Assembly (NCBI GenBank): GCA_037969075.1
Contig: JBBKWS010000201.1
Location: forward strand, 1 to 11,403
DNA from: Bdellovibrionales bacterium
GTDB taxonomy: Bacteria > Bdellovibrionota > Bdellovibrionia > Bdellovibrionales > UBA840
Length of the DNA stretch: 11,403 nucleotides
Direction: 5' to 3'
In this document: piece by piece, positions 1-7,837 of the stretch
Position numbering within the stretch: position 1 is the stretch's first letter
How the letters are laid out: the number at the start of each line of letters is the position of its first letter
The notes under the pieces: generated by a model
What the model saw: the letters and a program-made list of their open reading frames with translations, nothing else
The model's database searches: none
What the model was told of the DNA's origin: nothing
Program-made: the position numbers and the translations under genes

Positions 1-2
1 AT

Positions 3-107
3 ATTTTTCCTAATGACAAACTACTACAACTCCTACTAAAAGAAGTGGCAGCCAACCTGCAGAAAGCACTAGAAGGGTCACAATTTCATGGAAGTACGTC
101 TCAATAA
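3..107 (+). CDS. Probable 3' end of an upstream gene (partial, unidentified)
   Basis: Frame 3 is open from the window edge (IFPNDKLLQLLLKEVAANLQKALEGSQFHGSTSQ*) to TAA at 105-107 and overlaps the next start by 20 nt. The other two + frames stop early. Too short to identify. Confidence 0.4.
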   Translation: MFPNDKLLQLLLKEVAANLQKALEGSQFHGSTSQ

Positions 108-867
108 ATTTTTAGCCACCCAAGGTATCGCCAGCCGTAGAAAAGCAGATTTGTTGATTGAAAGCGGCGAGGTCACCGTTAACGGCAAGCGCGTTTTCGA
201 ATTAGGGGTAAAAATTGATCCCAATACCGATAAAGTAAAAGTAAATGGTAAGCTTGTTCAGTCGAAGCCAGAAGAACAGCTATATCTAATGTTCCATAAA
301 CCTAGAAACGTAATAACGACCCTAGAAGATCCTCTAGGCCGCCCCACTATCACTGACTACCTTGCGCGCCTTAAAACAAAAGTCTTCCCCGTAGGCCGTC
401 TAGATTGGGACTCTGAAGGTTTGTTACTATTAACAAATGATGGTGAGTTTGCTAATCAAGTTAGTCATCCAAAATTTAATATTTTAAAGCGCTACCTCGT
501 TAAGATTAACGGTAAAATCACACCAATGATGATTAACAAAATGAAGCGTGGAATGTCCATACCCGAAGCTGGAAGAGTGTCTGCAAAACGGCTAGAAAAA
601 ATCACTAAAAAATGTACCCCAAAAAATGATTGGCTTATTATTGAAATAACAGAAGGCAAGAATCGTCAAATCCGCAAGATGTTTGGTAACTTCAAATTAG
701 ATGTTCTAAAGTTACAGCGTGTAGCCGTTGGCGGATTAGAGATCGGTACATTAAAACGTGGTGAATTTAAAGTCTTACTAAAAAAAGATTTAGCAAAAAT
801 ATTTGAAGATCCTGAGAAAGAAAAAAAACCTAAAATGAAGAGTAAGAAGCTAACGGCTAATGACTGA
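88..867 (+). CDS. rluB: rRNA pseudouridine synthase, RsuA/RluB family, with N-terminal S4 domain
   Basis: S4 motif RLNKFLA..GIASRRKAD, then HKP, catalytic GRLDWDSEGLLLLTNDGE and ITEGKNRQIRKM. The family is clear; the exact paralogue (RluB vs RsuA/RluF) is inferred. Confidence 0.9.
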   Translation: MEVRLNKFLATQGIASRRKADLLIESGEVTVNGKRVFELGVKIDPNTDKVKVNGKLVQSKPEEQLYLMFHKPRNVITTLEDPLGRPTITDYLARLKTKVFPVGRLDWDSEGLLLLTNDGEFANQVSHPKFNILKRYLVKINGKITPMMINKMKRGMSIPEAGRVSAKRLEKITKKCTPKNDWLIIEITEGKNRQIRKMFGNFKLDVLKLQRVAVGGLEIGTLKRGEFKVLLKKDLAKIFEDPEKEKKPKMKSKKLTAND

Positions 868-1321
868 AAAAGCGATCAAACTAATTCATCATAATAAAAA
901 AGCCAGCCACGACTACCAGCTGTTAGAAAAATTAGAGGTCGGAATGGTTCTTACTGGCAGTGAAATAAAATCTATTCGCAGCGGCTCTTGCAATCTAAAA
1001 GACGCATACGTTTTGATTGAACGCGGTGAATTGTACTTACATAAAGCTCACATCAGCACCTACAAAGAGAGTACTCATAATAACCATGCACCCGAGAGAA
1101 AAAGAAAGCTATTAGCCCATAAAACTGAAATAGATCGATTAGATCGAAAAGCCACTGCCTCTGGCCTTACAATTGTAGCTATTAAAGTTTATCTAAAGGG
1201 TGGAAGAGCAAAGCTTGAAATTGCTCTTGCTAAAGGTAAAAAGGCCCACGACAAGAGAGCCGCCATTAAGAAGCGAGATGTGGGTCGGGAGCTTTCTCAA
1301 ACTCTAAGGAAGAGCCGTTAA
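860..1321 (+). CDS. smpB: SsrA-binding protein SmpB
   Basis: NKKASHDY, E.GMVLTGSEIKSIR, NH.PERKRKLL and C-tail KGKKAHDKR. 8-nt overlap (ATGACTGA) with rluB. Confidence 0.97.
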   Translation: MTEKAIKLIHHNKKASHDYQLLEKLEVGMVLTGSEIKSIRSGSCNLKDAYVLIERGELYLHKAHISTYKESTHNNHAPERKRKLLAHKTEIDRLDRKATASGLTIVAIKVYLKGGRAKLEIALAKGKKAHDKRAAIKKRDVGRELSQTLRKSR

Positions 1322-1898
1322 GCTGCTCATATTTGTACTCTACTAGATGTTTCCATAAATCCCTAGACCGATGAGCATTTTTTGAAATCTCAAGACTCAT
1401 CATCTTATTTAACTCACTAATCGATTGCCGCTGTAATGCTTTGTAAAAATAATTATAGGCATCCACGAGCTCTGTATAATCGTCACCCGCGCGCACTTTT
1501 ACATCGGGCTGACTCCAATCCCCTTTTGTCAAATGTAGCAAATGCTTCTTCATGACCTGCAGTGGAAAGAGGATAGAATTTAAAACTTTCAATGTCGTCA
1601 CTACAACAAATATATTAAGTCCTAACAATGATCCTAATAATATATTCTGTATCCATCTGCGCTCAAACTCTAAATTAGATACAAAATTTGGTGAGTGCGC
1701 ATACGCATAATCAATAAATATCTTATAGTTTTGCTCAATAAAATACCAAGCTACGCTATAGGCAAACAAACTAAACAGACCTACACCACCAGCCAAAACC
1801 AACGTATATTTCCACTGAAACTTGCTATCAATAAGTTGAAACCTACGATGCTTAAACGTATACGACCTGGTTAATCTTTGACCTTGTTTCCACCACAT
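1266..1898 (-). CDS. Inner-membrane protein with two TM helices and a HAMP-like domain, no output domain
   Basis: Hydrophobic segments YTLVLAGGVGLFSLFAYSVAWYFI and ILLGSLLGLNIFVVVTTL, then HAMP-like PLQVMKKHLLHLTKGDWS..VKVRAGDDYTELVDAYN and a short tail. Confidence 0.75.
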   Translation of the reverse strand: MWWKQGQRLTRSYTFKHRRFQLIDSKFQWKYTLVLAGGVGLFSLFAYSVAWYFIEQNYKIFIDYAYAHSPNFVSNLEFERRWIQNILLGSLLGLNIFVVVTTLKVLNSILFPLQVMKKHLLHLTKGDWSQPDVKVRAGDDYTELVDAYNYFYKALQRQSISELNKMMSLEISKNAHRSRDLWKHLVEYKYEQLNGSSLEFEKAPDPHLAS

Positions 1899-1917
1899 AT
1901 ATATAGACTATAAGTAT

Positions 1918-1946
1918 TTGTCTTTTTTCTAAAGCTTATCTATGCT
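1918..1946 (+). promoter_or_regulatory. Putative sigma70 promoter for the 1953 gene (possibly leaderless mRNA)
   Basis: TTGTCT (1918-1923), 17-bp spacer, TATGCT (1941-1946), then 6 nt to the ATG at 1953. No Shine-Dalgarno. Confidence 0.45.
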
Positions 1947-1952
1947 TAAAGC

Positions 1953-2717
1953 ATGAATACAAAACATAAGTCGCTGAGAAAATTTTGCCTATTATTCCTT
2001 TGTCTGGGCTGTAGCTCGACCAGTATGTCCAATCAGACCACCTACAAAAGTAGAGCTTTGGAGGCGGTAAGCTACAAAAGCGACCAAGCACAGATCGAAA
2101 AAATGCGAACCTCAATTCCAGAGGAAATACGAGAGAGCAATGATACAAAGTCATATCTCCTAGGATTTTTTAAAGATCGCACCAGAGATCCCAACGACAT
2201 TAGATCTAACTTTCAAAAAGATTTAGTAAAAAAGAGAAATCAGTCACAAAAGATTTTAGCTAAAGAAAGACAAGATTTTAACAATGATGAGAAAAAAATA
2301 AGAGATGAGTTTTTTAAGCAGCAGAAATCTGAACGCGATGATTTTATGAGATCACACTCTAAAGATAGAGATAAGATCAAAGACAACTACAGTGAGCAAA
2401 GTGCTAAGAAAAAAGAATTCTTAGCCAACCAAAAAGACCGCAGAGATGAGTTTTCAGCAAAACAACAGGTTGTTAGAAAGGATCTAGCCGCCTATTTTAA
2501 GGACCTAAGAGGGTCTTTTGACGAAGAGTGGAAGCTTTACAAGCAAGAATATAAAGACAGTAAAGATGAAAAAAAACGAGAGAAAATATTATTAGAAAAA
2601 GCGGCGAAATCTAATCCTAAAAATTTAAAAAATGATTTAGAAAAATATTCACCAGAGGTGCAAAAACTAATTTTGGAATTAGATGAAATGCACAAGAAGC
2701 CAGGCGAAGATTTATAG
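1953..2717 (+). CDS. Putative lipoprotein, highly charged and alpha-helical, with 11-residue periodicity
   Basis: Basic N-terminus, short hydrophobic stretch and lipobox-like CLGC (Cys20). K/E/D/R-rich body with R-x-x-F recurring every 11 aa. Confidence 0.75.
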   Translation: MNTKHKSLRKFCLLFLCLGCSSTSMSNQTTYKSRALEAVSYKSDQAQIEKMRTSIPEEIRESNDTKSYLLGFFKDRTRDPNDIRSNFQKDLVKKRNQSQKILAKERQDFNNDEKKIRDEFFKQQKSERDDFMRSHSKDRDKIKDNYSEQSAKKKEFLANQKDRRDEFSAKQQVVRKDLAAYFKDLRGSFDEEWKLYKQEYKDSKDEKKREKILLEKAAKSNPKNLKNDLEKYSPEVQKLILELDEMHKKPGEDL

Positions 2718-2719
2718 GC

Positions 2720-3157
2720 CTATTTTTTTAAATAAAAATCTTTATTCTTCTGCTCTTGCGTACTCTTTGATACAGAAAACTTTGAGCTTCCACAGGCTGT
2801 ACTAGCAATTAATTCATAATCTTTCTTTGTCTCCAGTGGTGCCGAAATCGAATAGTTACCTGTATTATCAGTAGTTGTTGTGCTGATCACTTTGTTTGAA
2901 TATATTAGTCTAATTACCGTATGATTTGCTGGAACTTGTGAAATACCCTCGCCACAAAACACTCTGCCAGAAATTTTGGTCTCCACTAATTTTCTTTCGA
3001 GCACTGGTACACCTATAATAACGTTGGTAGACTTATAATTTTCACCGCTTAACTGCTCTGCAAACGTTCGGTCTGGATCTTTAGGACCATATACACAGGC
3101 AGAAAATAGTAACAAGCTTGTGAAAATAAAGAGTACATTTTTTGCCATTAACTTCAT
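2720..3157 (-). CDS. Putative lipoprotein with a probable transthyretin/carboxypeptidase-regulatory-like beta-sandwich
   Basis: Lipobox FSAC (Cys21). Pattern ISGRVFC..PANHTVIRL..TTTTDNTGNYSI is typical of prealbumin-like folds. AGGGG RBS at 3162-3166. Confidence 0.65.
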   Translation of the reverse strand: MKLMAKNVLFIFTSLLLFSACVYGPKDPDRTFAEQLSGENYKSTNVIIGVPVLERKLVETKISGRVFCGEGISQVPANHTVIRLIYSNKVISTTTTDNTGNYSISAPLETKKDYELIASTACGSSKFSVSKSTQEQKNKDFYLKK

Positions 3158-3166
3158 ATAACCCCT

Positions 3167-4465
3167 TTATAGTAATATATTCCAGCTCACCCCTACCGAG
3201 TAAGTAGTACCGCCAATAGAATACCCTGGTGCTCCAATATCATTACCTGTCTTAACTACATCCTCATCTTTTAAAGAGTGCATTTGAAAATTTATATACA
3301 CTTTACTTGGACTATCAGACAAAAGCGGCGTTGAGTCCAACTGTCTGCCATACCCTAACCCTAACATATAACGATCAGAATCTAGATAGTTTAGGTTTCC
3401 CTTTGGTTTAGGAACAGGAGTTGGACGATAACCTACGCCAAACAGATATTCGTTCTTACCGTATTTATAAATCAAAGATGCCTTAGGAGTTAGTATATCC
3501 TCGTAGTCTGAGGATTCTAAGAATTGCTGAAATGAAGTATCCGAATCAAACTTCATCATTACAGATGAACCAGAAAATTTTGACCATCTCTCCCAATCAA
3601 CTGATGTATGAAAATCCCAACTAATGCCTTTGTATGAATAACCTAAGCTAAATACTTCAGGATCATAATACAAAGATGAGTTTCCTTCAAAATTAACAGG
3701 AATTGGGCTACTTGATAACACATTCACATTATTATTAGCATCAAACACCATCTCGGCATCTCTTTCACCAATATAATTAAATCCCAGATAATGAGAAGAC
3801 ACATTAGGATTCCATATCATTCCAAAGATTGGCGCAATACTTGGCTTTACCTCTAATTTTATATCAACAGTAGAAGTTCTTGGGTTCATATTATCGGACG
3901 CTGGTAACGTAGTCTGAACGGTCGATCCTGTAGTCATGTAAAAATGAAATCCTAGTCCAAAATGTAAATCATCTGTCATCGACCATGCATAAGCCGTGCT
4001 TAAGGTAATTCTTTGTGTGTCTGCAAAGTACATAGCGTATTGTGGGTAATACGCACTTTGTGTTTCAACCCCAACTAACTTTTCGGTAGGAATACTTACG
4101 TGAACTCCAACACTTCTTTTTTTACCCTGTTTTTCAAACACAAATACCGAACTTAAAAACAAACTGTTGGTGTCATCTACATCGGTATCAACATCACCAG
4201 TGTTATTTGTATTTGAACCACCGATAAACTCATTTTCAATCACTACATCTTTAGGAGAATCAAAGCTATCCGCTGCATAGATCCAACCAATGTTGAACTG
4301 CGATTTATCATACAAGTTTTGCATAGCAGGATTATACAAAGAGCTTGAGGCCTCGTATGGTAAATTACGATTAGCTCCTAATAGAGCGGTTGATGAAGAT
4401 CCAACTCCGTACAACGACTGCAAATCACAAAATGAATATATCGCTACTAAAAATAAATACAGCAT
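3167..4465 (-). CDS. FadL/OmpP1-like outer-membrane beta-barrel protein
   Basis: N-terminal hatch motif G.GSSSTALLGA..EASSSLYNPA (NPA signature), many amphipathic strands, C-terminal strand YSVGVSWNILL. Start overlaps the rsmA stop (TAATG) with AAGAGG RBS. Confidence 0.75.
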   Translation of the reverse strand: MLYLFLVAIYSFCDLQSLYGVGSSSTALLGANRNLPYEASSSLYNPAMQNLYDKSQFNIGWIYAADSFDSPKDVVIENEFIGGSNTNNTGDVDTDVDDTNSLFLSSVFVFEKQGKKRSVGVHVSIPTEKLVGVETQSAYYPQYAMYFADTQRITLSTAYAWSMTDDLHFGLGFHFYMTTGSTVQTTLPASDNMNPRTSTVDIKLEVKPSIAPIFGMIWNPNVSSHYLGFNYIGERDAEMVFDANNNVNVLSSSPIPVNFEGNSSLYYDPEVFSLGYSYKGISWDFHTSVDWERWSKFSGSSVMMKFDSDTSFQQFLESSDYEDILTPKASLIYKYGKNEYLFGVGYRPTPVPKPKGNLNYLDSDRYMLGLGYGRQLDSTPLLSDSPSKVYINFQMHSLKDEDVVKTGNDIGAPGYSIGGTTYSVGVSWNILL

Positions 4466-5262
4466 TATTTGAACCTCTTATGCAATTGCAAGTAATTATC
4501 AGGAGTCAAATCTTCAGCCCTAGCATTTAATGAAATTCCCATTTCGTTAAATATATTTACCACCTCATCCGCGGGCAATACGGCTGATAAATTCTTTTTT
4601 AAAAGCTTTCTTCTTTGCGCAAATGCGGCTTTTACAAGTTTCAAGAATTTCTCAGGGTTTACCATATCAATGTCTTTTTTCTTGAAGTGTAAAATTCGAC
4701 TAGCAATTTTTGGTGGAGGATAAAAGTCTTTAGGGCCTGCATCAATCACAAACTCTACATCCCAAAACACTTGCGATACCACACTAAGAAGTCCGTAGTT
4801 CTCACCCTTCTCTTTACACTGAATTCTTTCAGCCACCTCTTTTTGAAACATTAAGACCATAGCTTTCAATTGACCAGACACCTTACTCATATCAATGACG
4901 AGACTTGCAGAAATTTGATATGGCAAATTAGATATAATCACACTTGGTTTTTCTAGTAAGCTTGGCCAATCCACTTTTAGCGCATCTCTATGAATGACTT
5001 CAACGTTTTTATCTTTCCAGTAATTAACAAAAGTGGTGTCCAACTCGATCAATGTAAGATCTCTCTCCATAGCTATAATGGGCTCGGTGAGTGCCCCCAG
5101 GCCAGGCCCGATTTCATAAACCTTATGATTGGGATATCTATCCAAAATAGCCACGGCACGGTCAATTGGCAGCTGGTGAATTAAAAAATTTTGTCCCAAA
5201 TTCTTTTTTGGATAAATTTTTAATTCTTCTAATTTCTTTTTTAACTCAGCTAATTTATACAT
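4465..5262 (-). CDS. rsmA: 16S rRNA adenine dimethyltransferase RsmA/KsgA
   Basis: KKNLGQNFL, SAM-binding EIGPGLGALT, SNLPYQIS, MFQKEVAERI, FYPPPK, FAQRRK. Confidence 0.97.
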   Translation of the reverse strand: MYKLAELKKKLEELKIYPKKNLGQNFLIHQLPIDRAVAILDRYPNHKVYEIGPGLGALTEPIIAMERDLTLIELDTTFVNYWKDKNVEVIHRDALKVDWPSLLEKPSVIISNLPYQISASLVIDMSKVSGQLKAMVLMFQKEVAERIQCKEKGENYGLLSVVSQVFWDVEFVIDAGPKDFYPPPKIASRILHFKKKDIDMVNPEKFLKLVKAAFAQRRKLLKKNLSAVLPADEVVNIFNEMGISLNARAEDLTPDNYLQLHKRFK

Positions 5263-6319
5263 GTTGAAACTTTACCGATGAACTTGAGGCACTAAGGGAT
5301 AAATCATCTCTTTCACCTCGTTGAAAATGTTGTATGCCTGCATACCCAATCATGGCAGCATTATCTGTGCAATATCGTATTGGTGGAACCACTAACGCTA
5401 CACCCTTATCTTTTGCTAGCACTTGTGCTTTTTCTCGAAGCCTTGAGTTGGCGCTCACCCCGCCTGTAATCACGAGCCTTGGTGTTCTGTTCTTTTTTAT
5501 AAAATGTATCTTAAGAGCCCATTCTACTTTTTGCAAAAGCGCATCGACAATAGCCTCTTGGTACGAGGCACATAGATCTGCCAAATTATCTTCAATCTCT
5601 TCTTTCGACATAGTCTGCAGCATCCGGCCTGCCGAAGCTTTCACACCTGAAAAACTAAAAGATAAATTGTCTTTACCTAAAAGCGCTCGGGGAAATTCAT
5701 ACTTATTAGGGTTTCCAGATTTTGCCATTTTATCTACATTGGGTCCACCAGGATAAGACAAGCCTGCCAGCTTTGCAAATTTATCAAAAGCTTCCCCAGC
5801 GGCATCGTCAAGTGTAGTACCTAGTATTTCGTACTTCCCTAAATCATGTACTACATACATCGATGTATGTCCGCCACTTACCGCCAAAGCCAAAAAAGGA
5901 TATTCAAAATCAACTGGCGGTTGATACTCATCATCTTTTAAGAAAGGGGCCAGTAAGTGACCCTCTAAGTGATTAACACCTAAAAAAGGTTTATCAAATG
6001 TCATAGCTAAAGTTTTTGCAGTAACAAGTCCAACCAAAAGTGAGCCCAATAGACCAGGCTCTGAAGTTACACATATGCCATCCATGTCTTCTATCTTAAG
6101 GTTCGCCTTCTCTAGACAGATATCAATAAGGGGCAATAGTGATGTATTGTGATTACGACTAGCGATTTCTGGAACAATTCCACCAAAAATGGCGTGATCT
6201 TTATCTTGGCTTAGAGATGTTACTTGATATACCCATCCATCGGCGCCAACAATGGCAACGGAAGTATCATCGCAGGATGTCTCGATAGCGAGAACTTTAT
6301 TAAAGCTTTTTGCACTCAT
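5255..6319 (-). CDS. tsaD: tRNA N6-adenosine threonylcarbamoyltransferase TsaD
   Basis: LAIETSCDDT, GGIVPEIASRNH, NHLEGH metal motif, SGGHT, DDAAGEAFDK, CTDNAAMI. Confidence 0.97.
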   Translation of the reverse strand: MSAKSFNKVLAIETSCDDTSVAIVGADGWVYQVTSLSQDKDHAIFGGIVPEIASRNHNTSLLPLIDICLEKANLKIEDMDGICVTSEPGLLGSLLVGLVTAKTLAMTFDKPFLGVNHLEGHLLAPFLKDDEYQPPVDFEYPFLALAVSGGHTSMYVVHDLGKYEILGTTLDDAAGEAFDKFAKLAGLSYPGGPNVDKMAKSGNPNKYEFPRALLGKDNLSFSFSGVKASAGRMLQTMSKEEIEDNLADLCASYQEAIVDALLQKVEWALKIHFIKKNRTPRLVITGGVSANSRLREKAQVLAKDKGVALVVPPIRYCTDNAAMIGYAGIQHFQRGERDDLSLSASSSSVKFQHV

Positions 6320-6338
6320 GAGTAGAGTGCAAAAAAGC

Positions 6339-7007
6339 CTACTTTTTCAATTGATTCAACCTATATTTTGCGCTTCTGGAGGATTTCGCCTTAGGGAACT
6401 TCTCTATGACTTCTGAGTAAAAAGCACGGGCCTCGTCTTTCATGTTAAGCTCTTGAAAACACACGCCAATTTTATACGTAGCTTCAGAATAATTCTTACC
6501 CTTTGGAAAGTTGTCACGGTACTTATTGTATTCTAGAATCGCATTTTTCCAGTCTGATTTTTTAAATAAAGACTCTGCTTTTTCAAATGGATCATCTTTA
6601 TGACTACTAGGCTTACTATCGCTTGCCTTAACTGCACTAGCATTAGCCCCTAACTTTTGATTCATTTGCGCTTCAAACAGTAAAAGAGTTTCACTAAATG
6701 AAATCAGACGTCTTTCTATTGAATCTACTTTTTGCGCTAAGTTACCCTGATTACTATTTTGTTCATTCAATTGTATGCGATGCTGAAGTTCTTCAACCTG
6801 ACCGTTAAGTCTTCGAACCTCTTCTAAGAGATTTTGATAATCAGAAGCTTGTTCTGCTGCACGTGGGGTGGAAGTGCGGGCGCTTGTAGCTCTAGTTGGC
6901 TCAGATGATTGAAAGCGTCCATCAGCAGTCTTGAGTTCATTACGACTTTGCAGTCCGCCAGGGCAACCCATTAAACCTAAACATAAAAAAATTATTAACT
7001 TTTTCAT
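6339..7007 (-). CDS. cpoB: CpoB/YbgF-like coiled-coil + TPR protein, predicted lipoprotein
   Basis: Lipobox LMGC (Cys15), coiled coil LEEVRRLNGQVEELQ, C-terminal TPRs (AILEYNKY..FPKG..EATYKIG..VIEKFPK). Lies downstream of pal. Confidence 0.82.
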   Translation of the reverse strand: MKKLIIFLCLGLMGCPGGLQSRNELKTADGRFQSSEPTRATSARTSTPRAAEQASDYQNLLEEVRRLNGQVEELQHRIQLNEQNSNQGNLAQKVDSIERRLISFSETLLLFEAQMNQKLGANASAVKASDSKPSSHKDDPFEKAESLFKKSDWKNAILEYNKYRDNFPKGKNYSEATYKIGVCFQELNMKDEARAFYSEVIEKFPKAKSSRSAKYRLNQLKK

Positions 7008-7318
7008 TGCGCAACATCCCCACTTTTGAAGCGTTTTAACCTGGTTAAATTCTCAGCCTTTTCAGCAAAAGCCTTAGCTTGAAGAAAGTTTTCTTTAGCC
7101 TCTTCATATCTGCCATCTTTATATAACAAGGTCGCAGTTCTGTAGTATTCACTTGCCTGATGCCAATGAGAAGGAGAGTACTTCACTGATTCTACATTCT
7201 TTGCAGATTCAATTGCAGATCGGGCTAACGAGTATTCCAGCAAAGGCACTGGGGTCGTACAGCCCGATACAAAAAGTAGAAAACAAAAACTAGTTACTAA
7301 GCGGAACAAAGTTGGCAC
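7004..7318 (-). CDS. Small helical lipoprotein, DUF4398-like
   Basis: Lipobox VSGC followed by LARSAIESAK..S.KYSP..W.QA..A..Y..Y.EA...A..AE.A. The ORF track starts at 7357, but a normal signal peptide favours GTG 7318 or TTG 7309, still inside the 3' end of pal. ATGA overlap with cpoB. Confidence 0.65.
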   Translation of the reverse strand: MPTLFRLVTSFCFLLFVSGCTTPVPLLEYSLARSAIESAKNVESVKYSPSHWHQASEYYRTATLLYKDGRYEEAKENFLQAKAFAEKAENLTRLKRFKSGDVAQ

Positions 7319-7775
7319 GACGATTTCTCGTATGTGCAGATTCAGAATCACCTTCATCTAACAAACGCTCTTTACCGTAAGAAATTACGCTTAAATTAGA
7401 TTTGCTAACTCCAAGACCTGCCATGTATGACTCAACAGCCTTAGCTCTTCTTTCACCTAAAGCTAAGTTGTACTCAGTAGAACCACGAGTATCACAATGA
7501 CCTTCAATTTGAAGTTTTGTGCCGCTGCGAGCTTTTAACCAATTTGCATTTTCTTTTAAAGTAGCTTTCGACTCTGGGCTAAGTGAAGCTTGATCGTAGC
7601 CAAAATTAATTGAATTCAAACCTTGAATTTGACCGCTGTCACTACCGCGAGCATCGAAAGACATATCTTCAGCAGAAATTCCACCACTAGATCCGTCATC
7701 GCCTTTCTTTTTTGACGAAGAACATGCCGCTAAACCAAATATTAATGCACCAACAAGAAGAGATTTTTTAAACAT
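7290..7775 (-). CDS. pal: Peptidoglycan-associated lipoprotein Pal
   Basis: Lipobox LAAC. OmpA-like domain INFGYDQASL, IEGHCDTRGSTEYNLALGERRA, SYGKER, NRRA. AGGAG RBS at 7783-7787. Confidence 0.95.
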   Translation of the reverse strand: MFKKSLLVGALIFGLAACSSSKKKGDDGSSGGISAEDMSFDARGSDSGQIQGLNSINFGYDQASLSPESKATLKENANWLKARSGTKLQIEGHCDTRGSTEYNLALGERRAKAVESYMAGLGVSKSNLSVISYGKERLLDEGDSESAHTRNRRANFVPLSN

Positions 7776-7809
7776 CGTTAGACTCCTAATTAAAATTACT
7801 CACCTACAC

Positions 7810-7837
7810 ATTTTAAGAGCATAGCTACTGAAGTCAA
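7810..7837 (-). promoter_or_regulatory. Putative sigma70 promoter of the pal operon
   Basis: Minus strand TTGACT (7837-7832), 16-bp spacer, TAAAAT (7815-7810), upstream of the pal RBS. Confidence 0.55.

Noticed and set aside
860..1952. tmRNA (ssrA) next to smpB
   Set aside because: Flanks are occupied by CDSs and no tRNA-Ala-like ends were found.
1936..2154. 72-aa minus-strand ORF
   Set aside because: Antisense shadow of the lipoprotein gene; no recognisable motif.
4290..4472. 60-aa plus-strand ORF
   Set aside because: Antisense to the FadL-like gene; short and featureless.
4481..4490. 10-bp palindrome tgcaattgca
   Set aside because: Inside rsmA coding sequence; palindromes of this length are expected by chance in 11 kb.
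4990..5184. 64-aa plus-strand ORF
   Set aside because: Lies wholly antisense within conserved rsmA.
5334..5756. 140-aa plus-strand ORF
   Set aside because: Codon-aligned antisense shadow of tsaD with Ser-rich shadow composition.
7319..7357. ATG 7357 as start of the DUF4398-like gene
   Set aside because: It gives a 68-nt overlap with pal and an over-long signal peptide; GTG 7318 or TTG 7309 fits better.
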